NCBI GenBank assembly: GCA_034667725.1
Contig: JAXDQS010000010.1
Location: forward strand, 64,001 to 128,000
Direction of reading: 5' to 3'
Length of the DNA stretch: 64,000 nt
Source: Thermoplasmata archaeon
GTDB lineage: Archaea > Thermoplasmatota > E2 > JACPAO01 > JAHFTW01
Shown here: positions 1 to 9,369 of the stretch, piece after piece
How the letters are laid out: each line of letters begins with the position of its first letter
Position numbering within the stretch: position 1 is the stretch's first letter
Notes under the pieces: model-generated
The model's database searches: none
What the model was told of the DNA's origin: nothing
What the model saw: only the letters and a program-made list of their open reading frames with translations
Position numbers and translations under genes: made by a program

Positions 1-1990
1 CGGGGGCGGCGCCGCGCACCAGGTCCAGCTGCGCCTCGTAGCCGGGGGCGGCGTGCAGCGCGGTCAGGTTCTGGTACTTGGTCGTGAGCAGTTGCTGGAG
101 GGCCGGCGAGTGCTGGCCGCCGTGGAGCTTGTGGTCGCCCGCGATCAGCAGGACGACGAGGTAGCCGACGGCCTCTTGCTCGGTGTCCGAGGCGAGGAAG
201 CGGCCGGACAGCTCGTAGTGCGACTGGAAGGGGTCGGCGACGGTGGGGTGCTGGCCGATGCCGCGGGCCCAGTGGCCGTAGTCCCACCACGCCATGAAGG
301 CGGGGCGGTCCTCGAGCGGCTTGTCGGTGTCGAGCGTGGCCAGGTGGTTCATCGCCTTGAGCCAGCCGTTGCCGTCCAGCTCGTAGGCCTGGCCGAAGGC
401 GCCGAAGTGGTTCGGGCCCTCCTCGCCGGGGTCGCACGCGATCAGGTCGGCCTCGCACTTGAACTTCTGGCTCATGCCGGCGTCGGCCGCGATCCAGACG
501 GTGGGGACGATCAACAGCAGGCCGACGAGGACGCTCAGGACCGTGGTCTTCCAGCCGAGCGAGCGGAAGCCGCGGGAGACCGGGTTCTGGCCGTGCATGC
601 TGCGGAAGCGCTTCTTGACGTCGGCGCCGCCGAGCTTGGCCGTGATGCGGACCATGACGTAGCCCATCGCGAGCGCGAACAGCGGGGCCGCGTTGACGAT
701 GAAGCGGGCCGCGGCGAACATCATGAAGAGCGCGATGATGGCCCAGGCGGTGACCAGGACGCTGCCCGGGTTGCCCTTGTAGGCGCGCTTGATCAGGTGC
801 GCGAAGCCCCAGAAGGACGCCAGGAAGGTGAAGAAGCCCAGGTTGGCGGCCACGGTGCCGAGGTAGGGGCGCTGCGCCTCGCCGATGGTCGAGTACAGCT
901 TGGACTGGTTGAAGTAGCCCAGGCCGGAGGTGATGGTGCGGGCCAGGTCGGGCGCCAGCAGCGTGATGGCGACGAACGAGCCGATGCCCGCCACCAGCAG
1001 CGTCGGAATCACCAGGACCGAGGGCAGGTTGCGGGTCGGCACGAGCACCAGGCCGGCCAGGGCGATGCCCGCCGCGACGTAGAGGCTCGGGATGACGGTG
1101 CTGCCCAAGTGGCCGACGTCCACGCGGTAGTAGAGGAGGTACGGCAGCACGGCGGCGATGACGGCCGTCGTGAGGTAGGCCAGCCAGGCGACGGTGGCGT
1201 CGCGGTGGCGCAAGTGGTCCACGATGAACTGCAGCACCGCGGCCAGGCCCAGGATGCCGAGGGCGTAGGGGTAGCCCTTCCAGGTCACGGCGCAGGCGGT
1301 GATGGCGAGGCCGGCGAGGGCCGCGTACACGAAGGTGTTGCGGTTCTCCGCGAAGGCGCGGCGCAATCCGGCGCCGCGCTGCGCGCCGTCGCCCCAGCGC
1401 TCGACGTAGACCTTGTGGTGGCTGGCGCGGAAGCCGCGCACCAGGAAGGCGACCGCGAGCAGGATGAAGAAGATCGAGACCGCGTCGTGGTCCGCGTAGC
1501 CCCAGAAGCTGCGGGTGATGTGCGGCGCCGACAGGGCCAGGAAGAAGGCGGCCCACAGGCCGGCCTTGCGGCCCCACAGGTCGCGGCCGATCATGTACAT
1601 GGGGATGGCGCAGAGCGCGCCCCAGACGGCGACCATCACGTTGAGCGCGGTGCCGACGGGGTCGGTGACGCCGAGACCCTTGAGCACGACGGCGACCAGG
1701 GCGGACAGCCAGGTCCAGAGCGGCGGGTTGTGGTTGACGGCGCCCTCGGGGTAGTTGATGGCGCTGTCGAAGTCGAGGTTGCGGCCGGTCTCCAGCACGT
1801 GGCTGGTGGTGACCCAGTGGTAGTACGGGTCGTTGCCGGTGAGCAGGTGCCGGGCGGTGGCGGCGTCGAAGCCAGCGTCGATGTTGAAGACGCTCCGGAG
1901 CAGGAACGCCAGGACCATGATGATGCCCAGCCAGACGAACGTGCGCATGGGCGAGTGATGGGCCTGGGAGGAGACTTGACCGTCCACCAT
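1..1990 (-). CDS. aglB: Oligosaccharyltransferase AglB/STT3 (runs off the window start)
   Basis: Not in the ORF track. Manual minus-strand translation from ATG 1990 gives MVDGQVSS..., GNDPYYH, many TM segments and FMAWWDYGHW (~265-300). Confidence 0.93.
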   Translation of the reverse strand, partial: MVDGQVSSQAHHSPMRTFVWLGIIMVLAFLLRSVFNIDAGFDAATARHLLTGNDPYYHWVTTSHVLETGRNLDFDSAINYPEGAVNHNPPLWTWLSALVAVVLKGLGVTDPVGTALNVMVAVWGALCAIPMYMIGRDLWGRKAGLWAAFFLALSAPHITRSFWGYADHDAVSIFFILLAVAFLVRGFRASHHKVYVERWGDGAQRGAGLRRAFAENRNTFVYAALAGLAITACAVTWKGYPYALGILGLAAVLQFIVDHLRHRDATVAWLAYLTTAVIAAVLPYLLYYRVDVGHLGSTVIPSLYVAAGIALAGLVLVPTRNLPSVLVIPTLLVAGIGSFVAITLLAPDLARTITSGLGYFNQSKLYSTIGEAQRPYLGTVAANLGFFTFLASFWGFAHLIKRAYKGNPGSVLVTAWAIIALFMMFAAARFIVNAAPLFALAMGYVMVRITAKLGGADVKKRFRSMHGQNPVSRGFRSLGWKTTVLSVLVGLLLIVPTVWIAADAGMSQKFKCEADLIACDPGEEGPNHFGAFGQAYELDGNGWLKAMNHLATLDTDKPLEDRPAFMAWWDYGHWARGIGQHPTVADPFQSHYELSGRFLASDTEQEAVGYLVVLLIAGDHKLHGGQHSPALQQLLTTKYQNLTALHAAPGYEAQLDLVRGAAP

Positions 1991-2124
1991 GTGGTTTCAA
2001 CCCTTCCTTACTGGAAGCAACGCCGGCCAAGAAGGGGGTGGTAATAAGCTTTGGAAAGCCGTTGGATGAAAGTCCGGGCGGGTTCGGCGGTGGCCGAACC
2101 GGGGACGTCCGCGGCCCGCCGCCG

Positions 2125-3057
2125 CTACGCCTTGGCCTTCAGCTTGCGCTGCGGCTGCACGATGGCCTTCCCAAGCGCCGAGCAGATGAGCCCGACCGCG
2201 AAGTCGCCGGTCTGGTTGCCCGTGTCCAGGAGCGGGTTGACCTCCACGAACTCCAGGCTGGAGAGCAGGCCGGAGTCGGACAGCATCTCCATGGCGAGGT
2301 GGGACTCGCGGTAGGTGAGGCCGCCTTGGACGGTGGTGCCGGTGCCGGGGGCCCAGCGCGGGTCGACGACGTCGAGGTCGAAGCTCAGGTGGACCTGGTC
2401 CACGCCCTTGGAGACCTTCTGCAGCGCCTCCTCCATGACCTTGGCCATGCCCATCTGGTCGACGTCGCGCATGGTGTAGTAGGTGACGCGGGAGTCGGTC
2501 AGGATCTCCGCCTCGGCGCGGTCGACGCTGCGCAAGCCGATGTAGACGACGTTGCGGGGGTCGAGCTTGGGGCCGGGGGTGTCGAAGTCGGCCAGGCGGG
2601 GGTCGCCCAGCCCCAAGACGGCGGACACAGGCATCCCGTGGATGTTGCCGCTGGGGGAGGTCTCGACCGTGTTGAAGTCGGCGTGGGCGTCGAACCACAG
2701 CAGGCCGCGGCGCTTGGAGCTGCGGGCGAGGCCGGCCTGGGTGCCGATCGCGATGGAATGGTCGCCGCCCAGCACCAACGGGGACACGCCGTCCTTGACC
2801 GCCTTGTCCACCCGGTCGGCCAGGTCCTTGCAGGCGCTCAAGACCTCGTCGAGGTACTTCAGGCGGGCATCCTTGGGCTTGCGCTCCTCCGGCTCCGCGG
2901 TGTAAACGTTGCCCGCGTCCTGCACCTTGTAGCCCAGCTCCTTGACGCGGGCGTGCAGGTTGGCGGCGCGCATCGCCGACGGGCCCATGTCGACGCCGCG
3001 GCGGCCGGCTCCCAGGTCCATCGGGACGCCGATGATGCGGATGGTGTCCTGGAGCAT
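2125..3057 (-). CDS. rocF: Arginase
   Basis: GGDHS, DAHADFN, SGNIHGMP and SFDLDVVDP ureohydrolase motifs. Confidence 0.93.
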   Translation of the reverse strand: MLQDTIRIIGVPMDLGAGRRGVDMGPSAMRAANLHARVKELGYKVQDAGNVYTAEPEERKPKDARLKYLDEVLSACKDLADRVDKAVKDGVSPLVLGGDHSIAIGTQAGLARSSKRRGLLWFDAHADFNTVETSPSGNIHGMPVSAVLGLGDPRLADFDTPGPKLDPRNVVYIGLRSVDRAEAEILTDSRVTYYTMRDVDQMGMAKVMEEALQKVSKGVDQVHLSFDLDVVDPRWAPGTGTTVQGGLTYRESHLAMEMLSDSGLLSSLEFVEVNPLLDTGNQTGDFAVGLICSALGKAIVQPQRKLKAKA

Positions 3058-3089
3058 GCAACCGCCCCAAGGGCGCCGCGTAGAAAATC

Positions 3090-3530
3090 TTGGCTTGTCC
3101 GGGACGCGTGCTTCATCTGCCCCACGACCCTGTCCGCGGCGTGGAGCGGCTGCTTGCCTCCCTCCGGGCCATCGGCCTGTTCGAGTCGGACGTGGTGCAG
3201 GAGCGGCCGTGGGGCGTCTGGGTGGACTGGTACCGCAGCGACGCCGCCACCCTGAAGTGCATGGTCGTCCGGCCCGGCGCCCGCATGAGCCTGCAGAAGC
3301 ACGCCCGCCGGCGCGAGGTGTGGCGCATCGTGGCCGGCAAGGGCGAGGACCAAGGCACGAGCCCGCCGACGCCGCTGACGCCCGGCAAGACCCATGTCGT
3401 CGAGGCCGGCGCCGTCCACCGCATCGCCAACACCGGCACGGAGCCGCTGGTCATCGTCGAGTTGCAGACCGGGCATTGCGACGAGCACGACATTGAACGG
3501 ATCGCGGACGACTACGACCGCATGAAGTGA
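3090..3530 (+). CDS. Cupin, mannose-6-phosphate isomerase type II C-terminal-like
   Basis: ERPWG, MSLQKHARRREVW, HRIAN and DIERIADDY motifs; start uncertain. Confidence 0.8.
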   Translation: MACPGRVLHLPHDPVRGVERLLASLRAIGLFESDVVQERPWGVWVDWYRSDAATLKCMVVRPGARMSLQKHARRREVWRIVAGKGEDQGTSPPTPLTPGKTHVVEAGAVHRIANTGTEPLVIVELQTGHCDEHDIERIADDYDRMK

Positions 3531-3553
3531 AGGGCGGCCGGAGGCCGAATCCG

Positions 3554-3970
3554 CTACTCGGCCGTGCCCGGGACCGGCTTGCGCGCCGCGAACCCGCCTT
3601 CCAGCGTGTGCCAGTGCGCCACCTGCTCCTCGCCGCGCCGCCAGCACAGGTACACGGGCGTGCCGCCCATCTGGCCGAGGAAGTCCACCAAGCCCTCGCT
3701 GAAGTCCTTGACCTCGCAGCCGACGGCCTGCACGCGCAGGGTCACCGTCGTCATGGCGTCCATCAGGTCGCCGCGCTGCCGCAGGTACTCGACCTGCTCG
3801 GCGTGGCCTTCGCAGGCCGGGTCGTCGAGCGCCGCGCCGTGGATGATGCGCAGGTCCTCCAGGTGGGCGTCGACCTCGCGCAGGGCCTCCAGCACCCGGC
3901 GGCCCTCCTCCACGATGGCGCGCACCCTTGGCAGGGCGGCGTTGGCCTCCTGGAGGGTCCACGTGCGCAT
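3554..3970 (-). CDS. DUF2203-family protein
   Basis: WTLQEANAALP, VKDFSEGLVDF, VYLCWRRGE, HWHTLEGGFAARKP. Confidence 0.85.
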   Translation of the reverse strand: MRTWTLQEANAALPRVRAIVEEGRRVLEALREVDAHLEDLRIIHGAALDDPACEGHAEQVEYLRQRGDLMDAMTTVTLRVQAVGCEVKDFSEGLVDFLGQMGGTPVYLCWRRGEEQVAHWHTLEGGFAARKPVPGTAE

Positions 3971-4076
3971 CGGAGGGCCAGGGGGCGGCCGCCCTCTTGG
4001 GACTTTTGGTCGAGCGAGACATGGATTCTCCCGCGCCCACGACGGATTGAAATCACGAAGAATGCGTTGGCATGCC

Positions 4077-4361
4077 GTGGAGTTGACGAACGAGCAGGTC
4101 GTGGCAACGCTCGTTGCAATCATTCTGGGGTTGTTCGGCGTCCTCGCGTTCGTGGCAAGGAAAATCTGGAATGCGCTGGATGACCGGCATCAGGCCCTGC
4201 TCGTTTCGGTGCAGCAGTTGCAGCAAGCAGAACGGGACCTCAGCACCCGGCTCGCTGCCGCCGAGCATCGCCTGACCGACTTGCAGCCAGTGAAAGACCT
4301 CATGACCCAAGCCGCAACCGAGAAACTGAAGAAGCTCTTCGGACCCAGCAAGGGTGCTTGA
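4077..4361 (+). CDS. Small protein: N-terminal TM helix plus coiled coil
   Basis: GTG start MELTNEQVVATLVAIILGLFGVLAF; overlaps next ORF; codon usage atypical for host. Confidence 0.55.
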   Translation: MELTNEQVVATLVAIILGLFGVLAFVARKIWNALDDRHQALLVSVQQLQQAERDLSTRLAAAEHRLTDLQPVKDLMTQAATEKLKKLFGPSKGA

Positions 4362-4576
4362 CCATGGTCTTGAACGGACAGGAAGAGCGTGCCTTGCAGG
4401 AGCTTCTGTGGCAGGCCCGCTCCAATGCCTTGACGCCGGCCGAGGAGCGGCGCTTGCGGCAGCTCATCGCGAAGCAAAACCCCGCCGCCAAGGATTTCCC
4501 CCTGGCTGAGCTGGTGGCCGCAGGCTTGGTCGTCCTTGGGGCGATCTTGGTCTTGCATGCGCTGACGCGCGACTAG
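4358..4576 (+). CDS. Small protein with C-terminal TM helix
   Basis: Overlaps upstream stop; hydrophobic C-terminus LVAAGLVVLGAILVL. Confidence 0.55.
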   Translation: MTMVLNGQEERALQELLWQARSNALTPAEERRLRQLIAKQNPAAKDFPLAELVAAGLVVLGAILVLHALTRD

Positions 4577-4623
4577 TCCTGTCGCCACTCCATTGACGCG
4601 TCATGATGGCCAGGACACCTCGG

Positions 4624-4723
4624 TCATTGGCGCGTGACGATCGTCAAGATGCCGCTTCCAGGGGCTCCGCCCCTTGGAACCCCGACTGACTCCGGCTACT
4701 GCCGCGTGACGATCGTCAAGATG
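4624..4723. repeat. Duplicated 3' end of the DRG gene separated by a hairpin
   Basis: CGCGTGACGATCGTCAAGATG at 4631 and 4703, with hairpin TTCCAGGGGC-TCC-GCCCCTTGGAA between. Confidence 0.8.
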
Positions 4724-5814
4724 TCCTTGTCCTTCAGCTTGTGGTCGACGCCGACGGTCTGCCCCGGGAACTTGGCGCTCGTGCCCCACACCATGGCGTA
4801 GCGGAACTTCTTGCGGAACTCGCGGTGCAGCATGTCGCACACGGTGCCGACGTCGGTGTCCTGCTTGACGATGAGCGGCTCCTCCAGGTCGGCCTCCTTG
4901 CCGCGCGGCTTGAGGTAGACGCTGATGAAGTGCAGCGAGTCGTAGATGAAGTCCTTCGCGCGGTCGACGCCCCAGCCCTTCGCGGCCGCCATCGGGATCG
5001 ACTCGAAGCCCTGCTCCTTGAGCCAGCCCGCGACCTCGTTGTACTTCTGCTCGCCGGCGAGGTCCACCTTGTTGACGAGGCAGACGGCCGGGATGTAGAC
5101 GCGGTTGCCCGCCATGTGGTCCACCAGGTCGTCGGCGGTGATGTCCTCGCGGATGACGACGTCGGCGTTGCGGACCTTGAACTGCTCGATCATCTCCGCC
5201 ATCTCCTCGACGGTGAGGTGGGTCTGCTTCTTGGTGACCTGGATGTTGATGCCGCCGCGGTCGGTGTAGTAGACGGCGATGTCCTTGGGCCGGCGGTTGA
5301 TGCGGATGGCCGACTGCTCCAGCTCGCGGATGATGATGGGCAGGTGGTCGTACGCCTTGGCGCAGTCCAGCGTCACCAGGATCATGTCCGAGTTGCGGGC
5401 CGCCGCGATGACCTCCTTGCCGCGGCCCTTGTTCAGGTGGGCGCCCGCGATGATGCCGGGCATGTCGAGCACCTGGATGTCCGCCGAGCGGTGGTGCAGC
5501 ATGCCGGGGATGACGGTCAGGGTCGTGAACTCGTAGGCCGCCATGGCCGACGTCTCCTGGCCGGTGAGCGCGTTCAAGATGGTCGACTTGCCGACCGATG
5601 GCAGGCCCACCAGGCCCACGGTGGCGTTGCCGGACTTCTTGACGGCGAACGAGACGCCGCCGCCCCCGCCCATCGAGGCCTGCTTCTCTTGCTGCGCCTT
5701 GAGGGCCGCGATCTTGGCCTTGAGCTTCCCGATATGGAACTCGGTGGCCTTGTTCTTCTGGGTCTTGAAGATCTCGGCCTCGATCTCCTTGATCTGGTCG
5801 GCGATCGTCCCCAC
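4696..5814 (-). CDS. DRG-family (OBG superfamily) GTPase with TGS domain
   Basis: TQKNKATEFHIGKLKAK, GLPSVGKS, YEFTTLT, DMPG, NKVD, C-terminal TGS. Confidence 0.95.
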   Translation of the reverse strand: MGTIADQIKEIEAEIFKTQKNKATEFHIGKLKAKIAALKAQQEKQASMGGGGGVSFAVKKSGNATVGLVGLPSVGKSTILNALTGQETSAMAAYEFTTLTVIPGMLHHRSADIQVLDMPGIIAGAHLNKGRGKEVIAAARNSDMILVTLDCAKAYDHLPIIIRELEQSAIRINRRPKDIAVYYTDRGGINIQVTKKQTHLTVEEMAEMIEQFKVRNADVVIREDITADDLVDHMAGNRVYIPAVCLVNKVDLAGEQKYNEVAGWLKEQGFESIPMAAAKGWGVDRAKDFIYDSLHFISVYLKPRGKEADLEEPLIVKQDTDVGTVCDMLHREFRKKFRYAMVWGTSAKFPGQTVGVDHKLKDKDILTIVTRQ

Positions 5815-5896
5815 GGCAAAGCCGCCGACAGAAGGGGCGTATAAGAGGGAGCCGGGCGGGGGGGGGCACCGTAGCCTCCCTGGAGCCGCGCCTTAA

Positions 5897-6008
5897 CGGT
5901 GCGTGGCGGGCCAGAAGGGGTGTGTAGGCGGCCAAAAGGTGGCCAAAAGTGTGCGTGGCGGCCGGTCGGGCGGCCAAAAATGGAGGGAGAGGAGAAGGTG
6001 TGTGCGGG
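5897..6008. repeat. Left subterminal repeat cluster (consensus ~GTGCGTGGCGGCCAAAAG)
   Basis: Several degenerate copies; GGCCAAAAGTGTGCGTGGCG at 5941-5960 recurs exactly at 16478-16497. Confidence 0.75.
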
Positions 6009-6010
6009 AG

Positions 6011-6640
6011 CTATTCGCTTTGGCTGTCGCATCTGCTTGCGATGGCGGCGGGGGCGGGGCCGTAGTAGCTGAACGCGAGGGTGGCGCGCACTTCCTGGGC
6101 GTAGGCCAGTCCCAGGCTGTCCAGGTGCAGGTGGAAGCGGGTGGTGCCGTTGAGGCCGTCAAAGGACTGGTTCAGGGGCGAGGGGGCGGCCTGCCAAGCC
6201 TCGCCGCTGCCCTCGGAGGCGATAGTTAGGTTCAGGCGCTCGGCAAGCGGCGATTGCGGCGCCCAGGCCGCCTGAAAGGTGCCGTTTAGCATGGTGGCCG
6301 GGCTGCCTTGGGGCCACCACACCACGACGCAAGCCGTCCCCGCGCTGCTCAAGCCTTCCCGCGACAGGGATGGCGCGGAGACTGTCAGGTTGAAGGTGCG
6401 GTTGAAGGACTCCAGGCGCGGCGGAGCGGGCTCCACGACGGGGGCCGGCTCCGGCTCGGGCGGCGGCGGGGCGGCGGCAGGCACCTGGACCGTCGTGGTG
6501 GAGTAGTGGTGATGCTCCGTCTGGGTCTGGGTCTGCGTCATGGTGTGCGTGTGGTCGGGAATTGTCCGACCGGCACAACCCGCCAAGGCAGAGGCGGCGA
6601 GGACGGCGGCGAGGACGACAAGGGTAGGAAGGCGGGGCAT
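6011..6640 (-). CDS. Putative lipoprotein (transposon cargo)
   Basis: Signal peptide with lipobox LAGC, then a Thr/His/Pro-rich linker. Confidence 0.75.
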   Translation of the reverse strand: MPRLPTLVVLAAVLAASALAGCAGRTIPDHTHTMTQTQTQTEHHHYSTTTVQVPAAAPPPPEPEPAPVVEPAPPRLESFNRTFNLTVSAPSLSREGLSSAGTACVVVWWPQGSPATMLNGTFQAAWAPQSPLAERLNLTIASEGSGEAWQAAPSPLNQSFDGLNGTTRFHLHLDSLGLAYAQEVRATLAFSYYGPAPAAIASRCDSQSE

Positions 6641-6687
6641 GGGGTTTCCTTGCGCGCATGAGGCGCAAGACCGCCGAGAAGGGACCT

Positions 6688-6717
6688 CTACTTACGAACC
6701 GTTTGCGCCTAGTTTGT
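6688..6717 (-). promoter_or_regulatory. Conserved upstream motif, copy 1 (GAACCGTTTGCGNNNNGTTTGT)
   Basis: Near-identical to 8064-8093 and 10915-10936; each lies upstream of a minus-strand cargo gene. Confidence 0.7.
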
Positions 6718-6723
6718 TGGTCG

Positions 6724-7209
6724 CTAGAAGCCGCAGCCTGCCGGGCTCGGCGCGGGGTCGGGCCAGTTCGGGTCATGCTCCCAATCCAGCTTGAGCGTGA
6801 AGGGAAGCTCCAGGACGGGGCTTCCGGTGTCTTGGATGAACACTTGCCAACCGATAGGTTCCGTCTGGTTCCATTCAAGGCGCAGCGGCGACGGGCCTTC
6901 GACTTCCTCCAGAACCTCAGTGTAGTTGCGCAGAAGCCCGAGGCGAAGGGTTTCCCCCAAGCCGGGCCGGGCATCCCAGGTAGCGACCGCAACCAAGTGC
7001 CGGATGCCCAGGGCGTTGAGGGTCACACAGTTGGGGCCCGTCGAAGTGCCTTGCGTCGTGTCCGTGAATGTTCCGTTCTGCCAGTAGGCGCCATGCTGTA
7101 GTTGCGGCTCGGCAGGCGGCTCCGTCGTGCTTGGGCTCAACGTGTCGGCGGGTGCGCCGCAACCGGCCAATGCGAGAAGGACGACGGCGAGAGTGGCGGC
7201 GGGCATCAT
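6724..7209 (-). CDS. Putative lipoprotein, likely distant paralogue of 6011-6640
   Basis: LALAGC lipobox; ATWDARPGLGETLRL..GPSPL resembles AAWAPQSPLAERLNL..APSPL. Confidence 0.7.
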   Translation of the reverse strand: MMPAATLAVVLLALAGCGAPADTLSPSTTEPPAEPQLQHGAYWQNGTFTDTTQGTSTGPNCVTLNALGIRHLVAVATWDARPGLGETLRLGLLRNYTEVLEEVEGPSPLRLEWNQTEPIGWQVFIQDTGSPVLELPFTLKLDWEHDPNWPDPAPSPAGCGF

Positions 7210-7258
7210 GGTCGGCGCTCCAGGTTGGAAGGAGAGGAAAAGGGTTGGCGCTTGGCGT

Positions 7259-7942
7259 CTAAGCGAAGTGCATGACGATGCTGATGAGCTTGCCTTGGCC
7301 GTAGGGGTCGGCGCACTCGACCACCACATCGCCATCCTTGGCATCGGCGTCGGCGCCGCAGCGGCCCTCGCCGTCGCCGGGCAGGCCCAGTTCTTCGCAG
7401 TGGCCGGCGTTGGTTCCCGCGGCTCCGACGCTACTGCACCACACAACCTCATTGTCGGGGCGACCGTCGGCGTTCTCGTCCTTGGTGTTGGTGCCGCAGG
7501 TCATCGTGCCCTTGACACTGCCAGGGACGTTTTCGTCCACGGTGATGTCCCAGTTGCCGCCGTCCTCGACGCAGGCGTCCTCGGCCATGACCCTGCATCC
7601 GGTCAGGGTGCAAAAGCCGTTCACGGCGCCGCTGATGCCGCAGACGCTTCCAGTTGCGACCGGCGGTGTGCTGGCTTCGGCGGAAGGCTCCGGGCCGGAG
7701 AGCGCGGTCAAGCGGAAGTCGTCGAGGATGCGCTCGACTTGGCCGGGCAGCGACAGGGCGACGGCCGTGAGTTCTCCGTTCAGAGACACTTCTTGGCCGC
7801 TCACAAAGATGATGGGCGTGCAGGCGACCTGGGGCACGGGCACACTCTGGGCAGGCATGGCGGCGAAGGTCGCTGCCAGCAGCACGGCGGCACAGGTCAA
7901 GGCGGTCAAGTGCGGGCGTTGGGGGGATGGGGGTAGGTCCAT
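7259..7942 (-). CDS. Secreted Cys-rich protein
   Basis: Signal-like N-terminus and many Cys; start uncertain. Confidence 0.65.
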   Translation of the reverse strand: MDLPPSPQRPHLTALTCAAVLLAATFAAMPAQSVPVPQVACTPIIFVSGQEVSLNGELTAVALSLPGQVERILDDFRLTALSGPEPSAEASTPPVATGSVCGISGAVNGFCTLTGCRVMAEDACVEDGGNWDITVDENVPGSVKGTMTCGTNTKDENADGRPDNEVVWCSSVGAAGTNAGHCEELGLPGDGEGRCGADADAKDGDVVVECADPYGQGKLISIVMHFA

Positions 7943-8063
7943 GGTCTTGCTTCCTGGGTGCGCATGGACCGCCACAAGGACCGACAACCGAGTGTTGGTG
8001 AACACGGGGGAGAGAGGCAAAGGGGCGTGGCGGCCCATGCGCAACGGCAAGAAGCGCAGGCGC

Positions 8064-8093
8064 CTACTTACGAACCGTTTGCGTCGGGTTTGT
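8064..8093 (-). promoter_or_regulatory. Conserved upstream motif, copy 2
   Basis: CTACTTACGAACCGTTTGCGTCGGGTTTGT. Confidence 0.7.
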
Positions 8094-8098
8094 AGGGT

Positions 8099-8590
8099 TC
8101 AAATCCGCTCCCGCATGAAGGCCTCAACCGTCAGCACCCGCACCAAATCCTGGCCCGGAGGCCCGATTGGTTGAGTCATGCGCACCAAGGACTCGGCCCG
8201 ATAGACGATATGATGCGCTTCGTTCCAAACGTGCTGCTCAGGCAGGCATTTCGTTGGGTCGTAGATGCAGGCGATGATATCCTCAAGAGCTTCGCAAAGA
8301 CCTTGGAATTGCCAGCCGAGCGGCGAAGCCATGTCCACTGCGGCGTAGGGGATTCCGATGAACTCCTTGACCCCGTAATAGGGAGTATCATCATGCTCCT
8401 GCACCGGCAGGAGTGGGAAAACGCCTCCTGGGCTGTCAGGCAATGGGGTGAAGGCGGGTGCGTAGCGGCCCCCCATCGAGAACGCGCAAACGGGCTGCAT
8501 GGGGTCCGGTTCGGCTTGGACTGGAACGGTGGCAGCCAGCAGGGCGGCGAGGGCGATTGCAAGTAGGGCTTTCTGCATAGGTTCACTCAC
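8099..8590 (-). CDS. Secreted hypothetical protein
   Basis: Signal peptide MQKALLAIALAALLAATVPVQA; overlaps upstream gene stop. Confidence 0.65.
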   Translation of the reverse strand: MSEPMQKALLAIALAALLAATVPVQAEPDPMQPVCAFSMGGRYAPAFTPLPDSPGGVFPLLPVQEHDDTPYYGVKEFIGIPYAAVDMASPLGWQFQGLCEALEDIIACIYDPTKCLPEQHVWNEAHHIVYRAESLVRMTQPIGPPGQDLVRVLTVEAFMRERI

Positions 8591-9369
8591 GTTTGGGGAC
8601 CGAAGGTCCAGGTTTCCTGGACGACAGATTTGGCGGTGTCAAGTGGGACCGGCGGGGGCGCTATGGCGAGGGTCGGAACCAGCCCTTCGCCGTCGAGGAC
8701 GCCCGCCACGGCACCAATCGGATTCTGTGAAACGGTATGTAGCGCGTCGAACCAAGTGCCGGTCCCACTCTGGTATCGAACTTCCGACTGGAACGGGTCG
8801 TTGCCAGTCGAACCTTCACCCGCGAGTTGGAGGTCGTAGGCGAAGGCGTCGGATTCCAGGCTCAAGGCAGCGAGGGGCGAGGATTCGTCCCAAGCAAACG
8901 TCGCGTTTACAGAAGCAAATCCCCAACTGTTCAGCACCGCAGCCAGGGCCGGGTTGTCGGTGGCGGTTTCGAGGCTGTAAACGTCCGCAAACTCCCCGTC
9001 CACGGCATTGGGCGGACCTACCGGGACGGGCACGGTCATCAGGTGAACGTCGCGCAGGACGGTTGTGTTGTCCAGCGTGATGGACTCACAACTGAACAGG
9101 ACCACCTGAGTCCGGATAGCGGGACCTGTGCCTGCCGTGTAGCCGGGGGGGAGCCGGGCGGCCACGCGTTCGCCGTCTGCCTGGAACGCCCCATAGAAGG
9201 CCGTGCAAGCCAACTGCAGCTCGCGCACCTTGGCCTCGGGGCAGCACGGCGGTGGGGGCAAGGGCTGGTCGGTTGTCGTGGTGTCCGTGGTGCTGGTGGA
9301 GTCGGTTGAATCCGTAGGAGTGCCGCAGCCGGCGACCAGGAGCGCAAGCACAAGCAGGGCGGCCTTCAT
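8587..9369 (-). CDS. Putative lipoprotein (possibly acetoacetate-decarboxylase-like fold)
   Basis: LVAGC lipobox and Thr/Ser linker; ADGERVAARLPPGY resembles the ADC-like N-terminus (weak). Confidence 0.7.
   Translation of the reverse strand: MKAALLVLALLVAGCGTPTDSTDSTSTTDTTTTDQPLPPPPCCPEAKVRELQLACTAFYGAFQADGERVAARLPPGYTAGTGPAIRTQVVLFSCESITLDNTTVLRDVHLMTVPVPVGPPNAVDGEFADVYSLETATDNPALAAVLNSWGFASVNATFAWDESSPLAALSLESDAFAYDLQLAGEGSTGNDPFQSEVRYQSGTGTWFDALHTVSQNPIGAVAGVLDGEGLVPTLAIAPPPVPLDTAKSVVQETWTFGPQT

Noticed and set aside
53-2044. 663-aa + strand ORF and other long shadow ORFs (e.g. 22878-26333, 26839-31755, 35067-37205, 55351-57939)
   Set aside because: Antisense or off-frame shadows of well-supported genes, expected at this GC content
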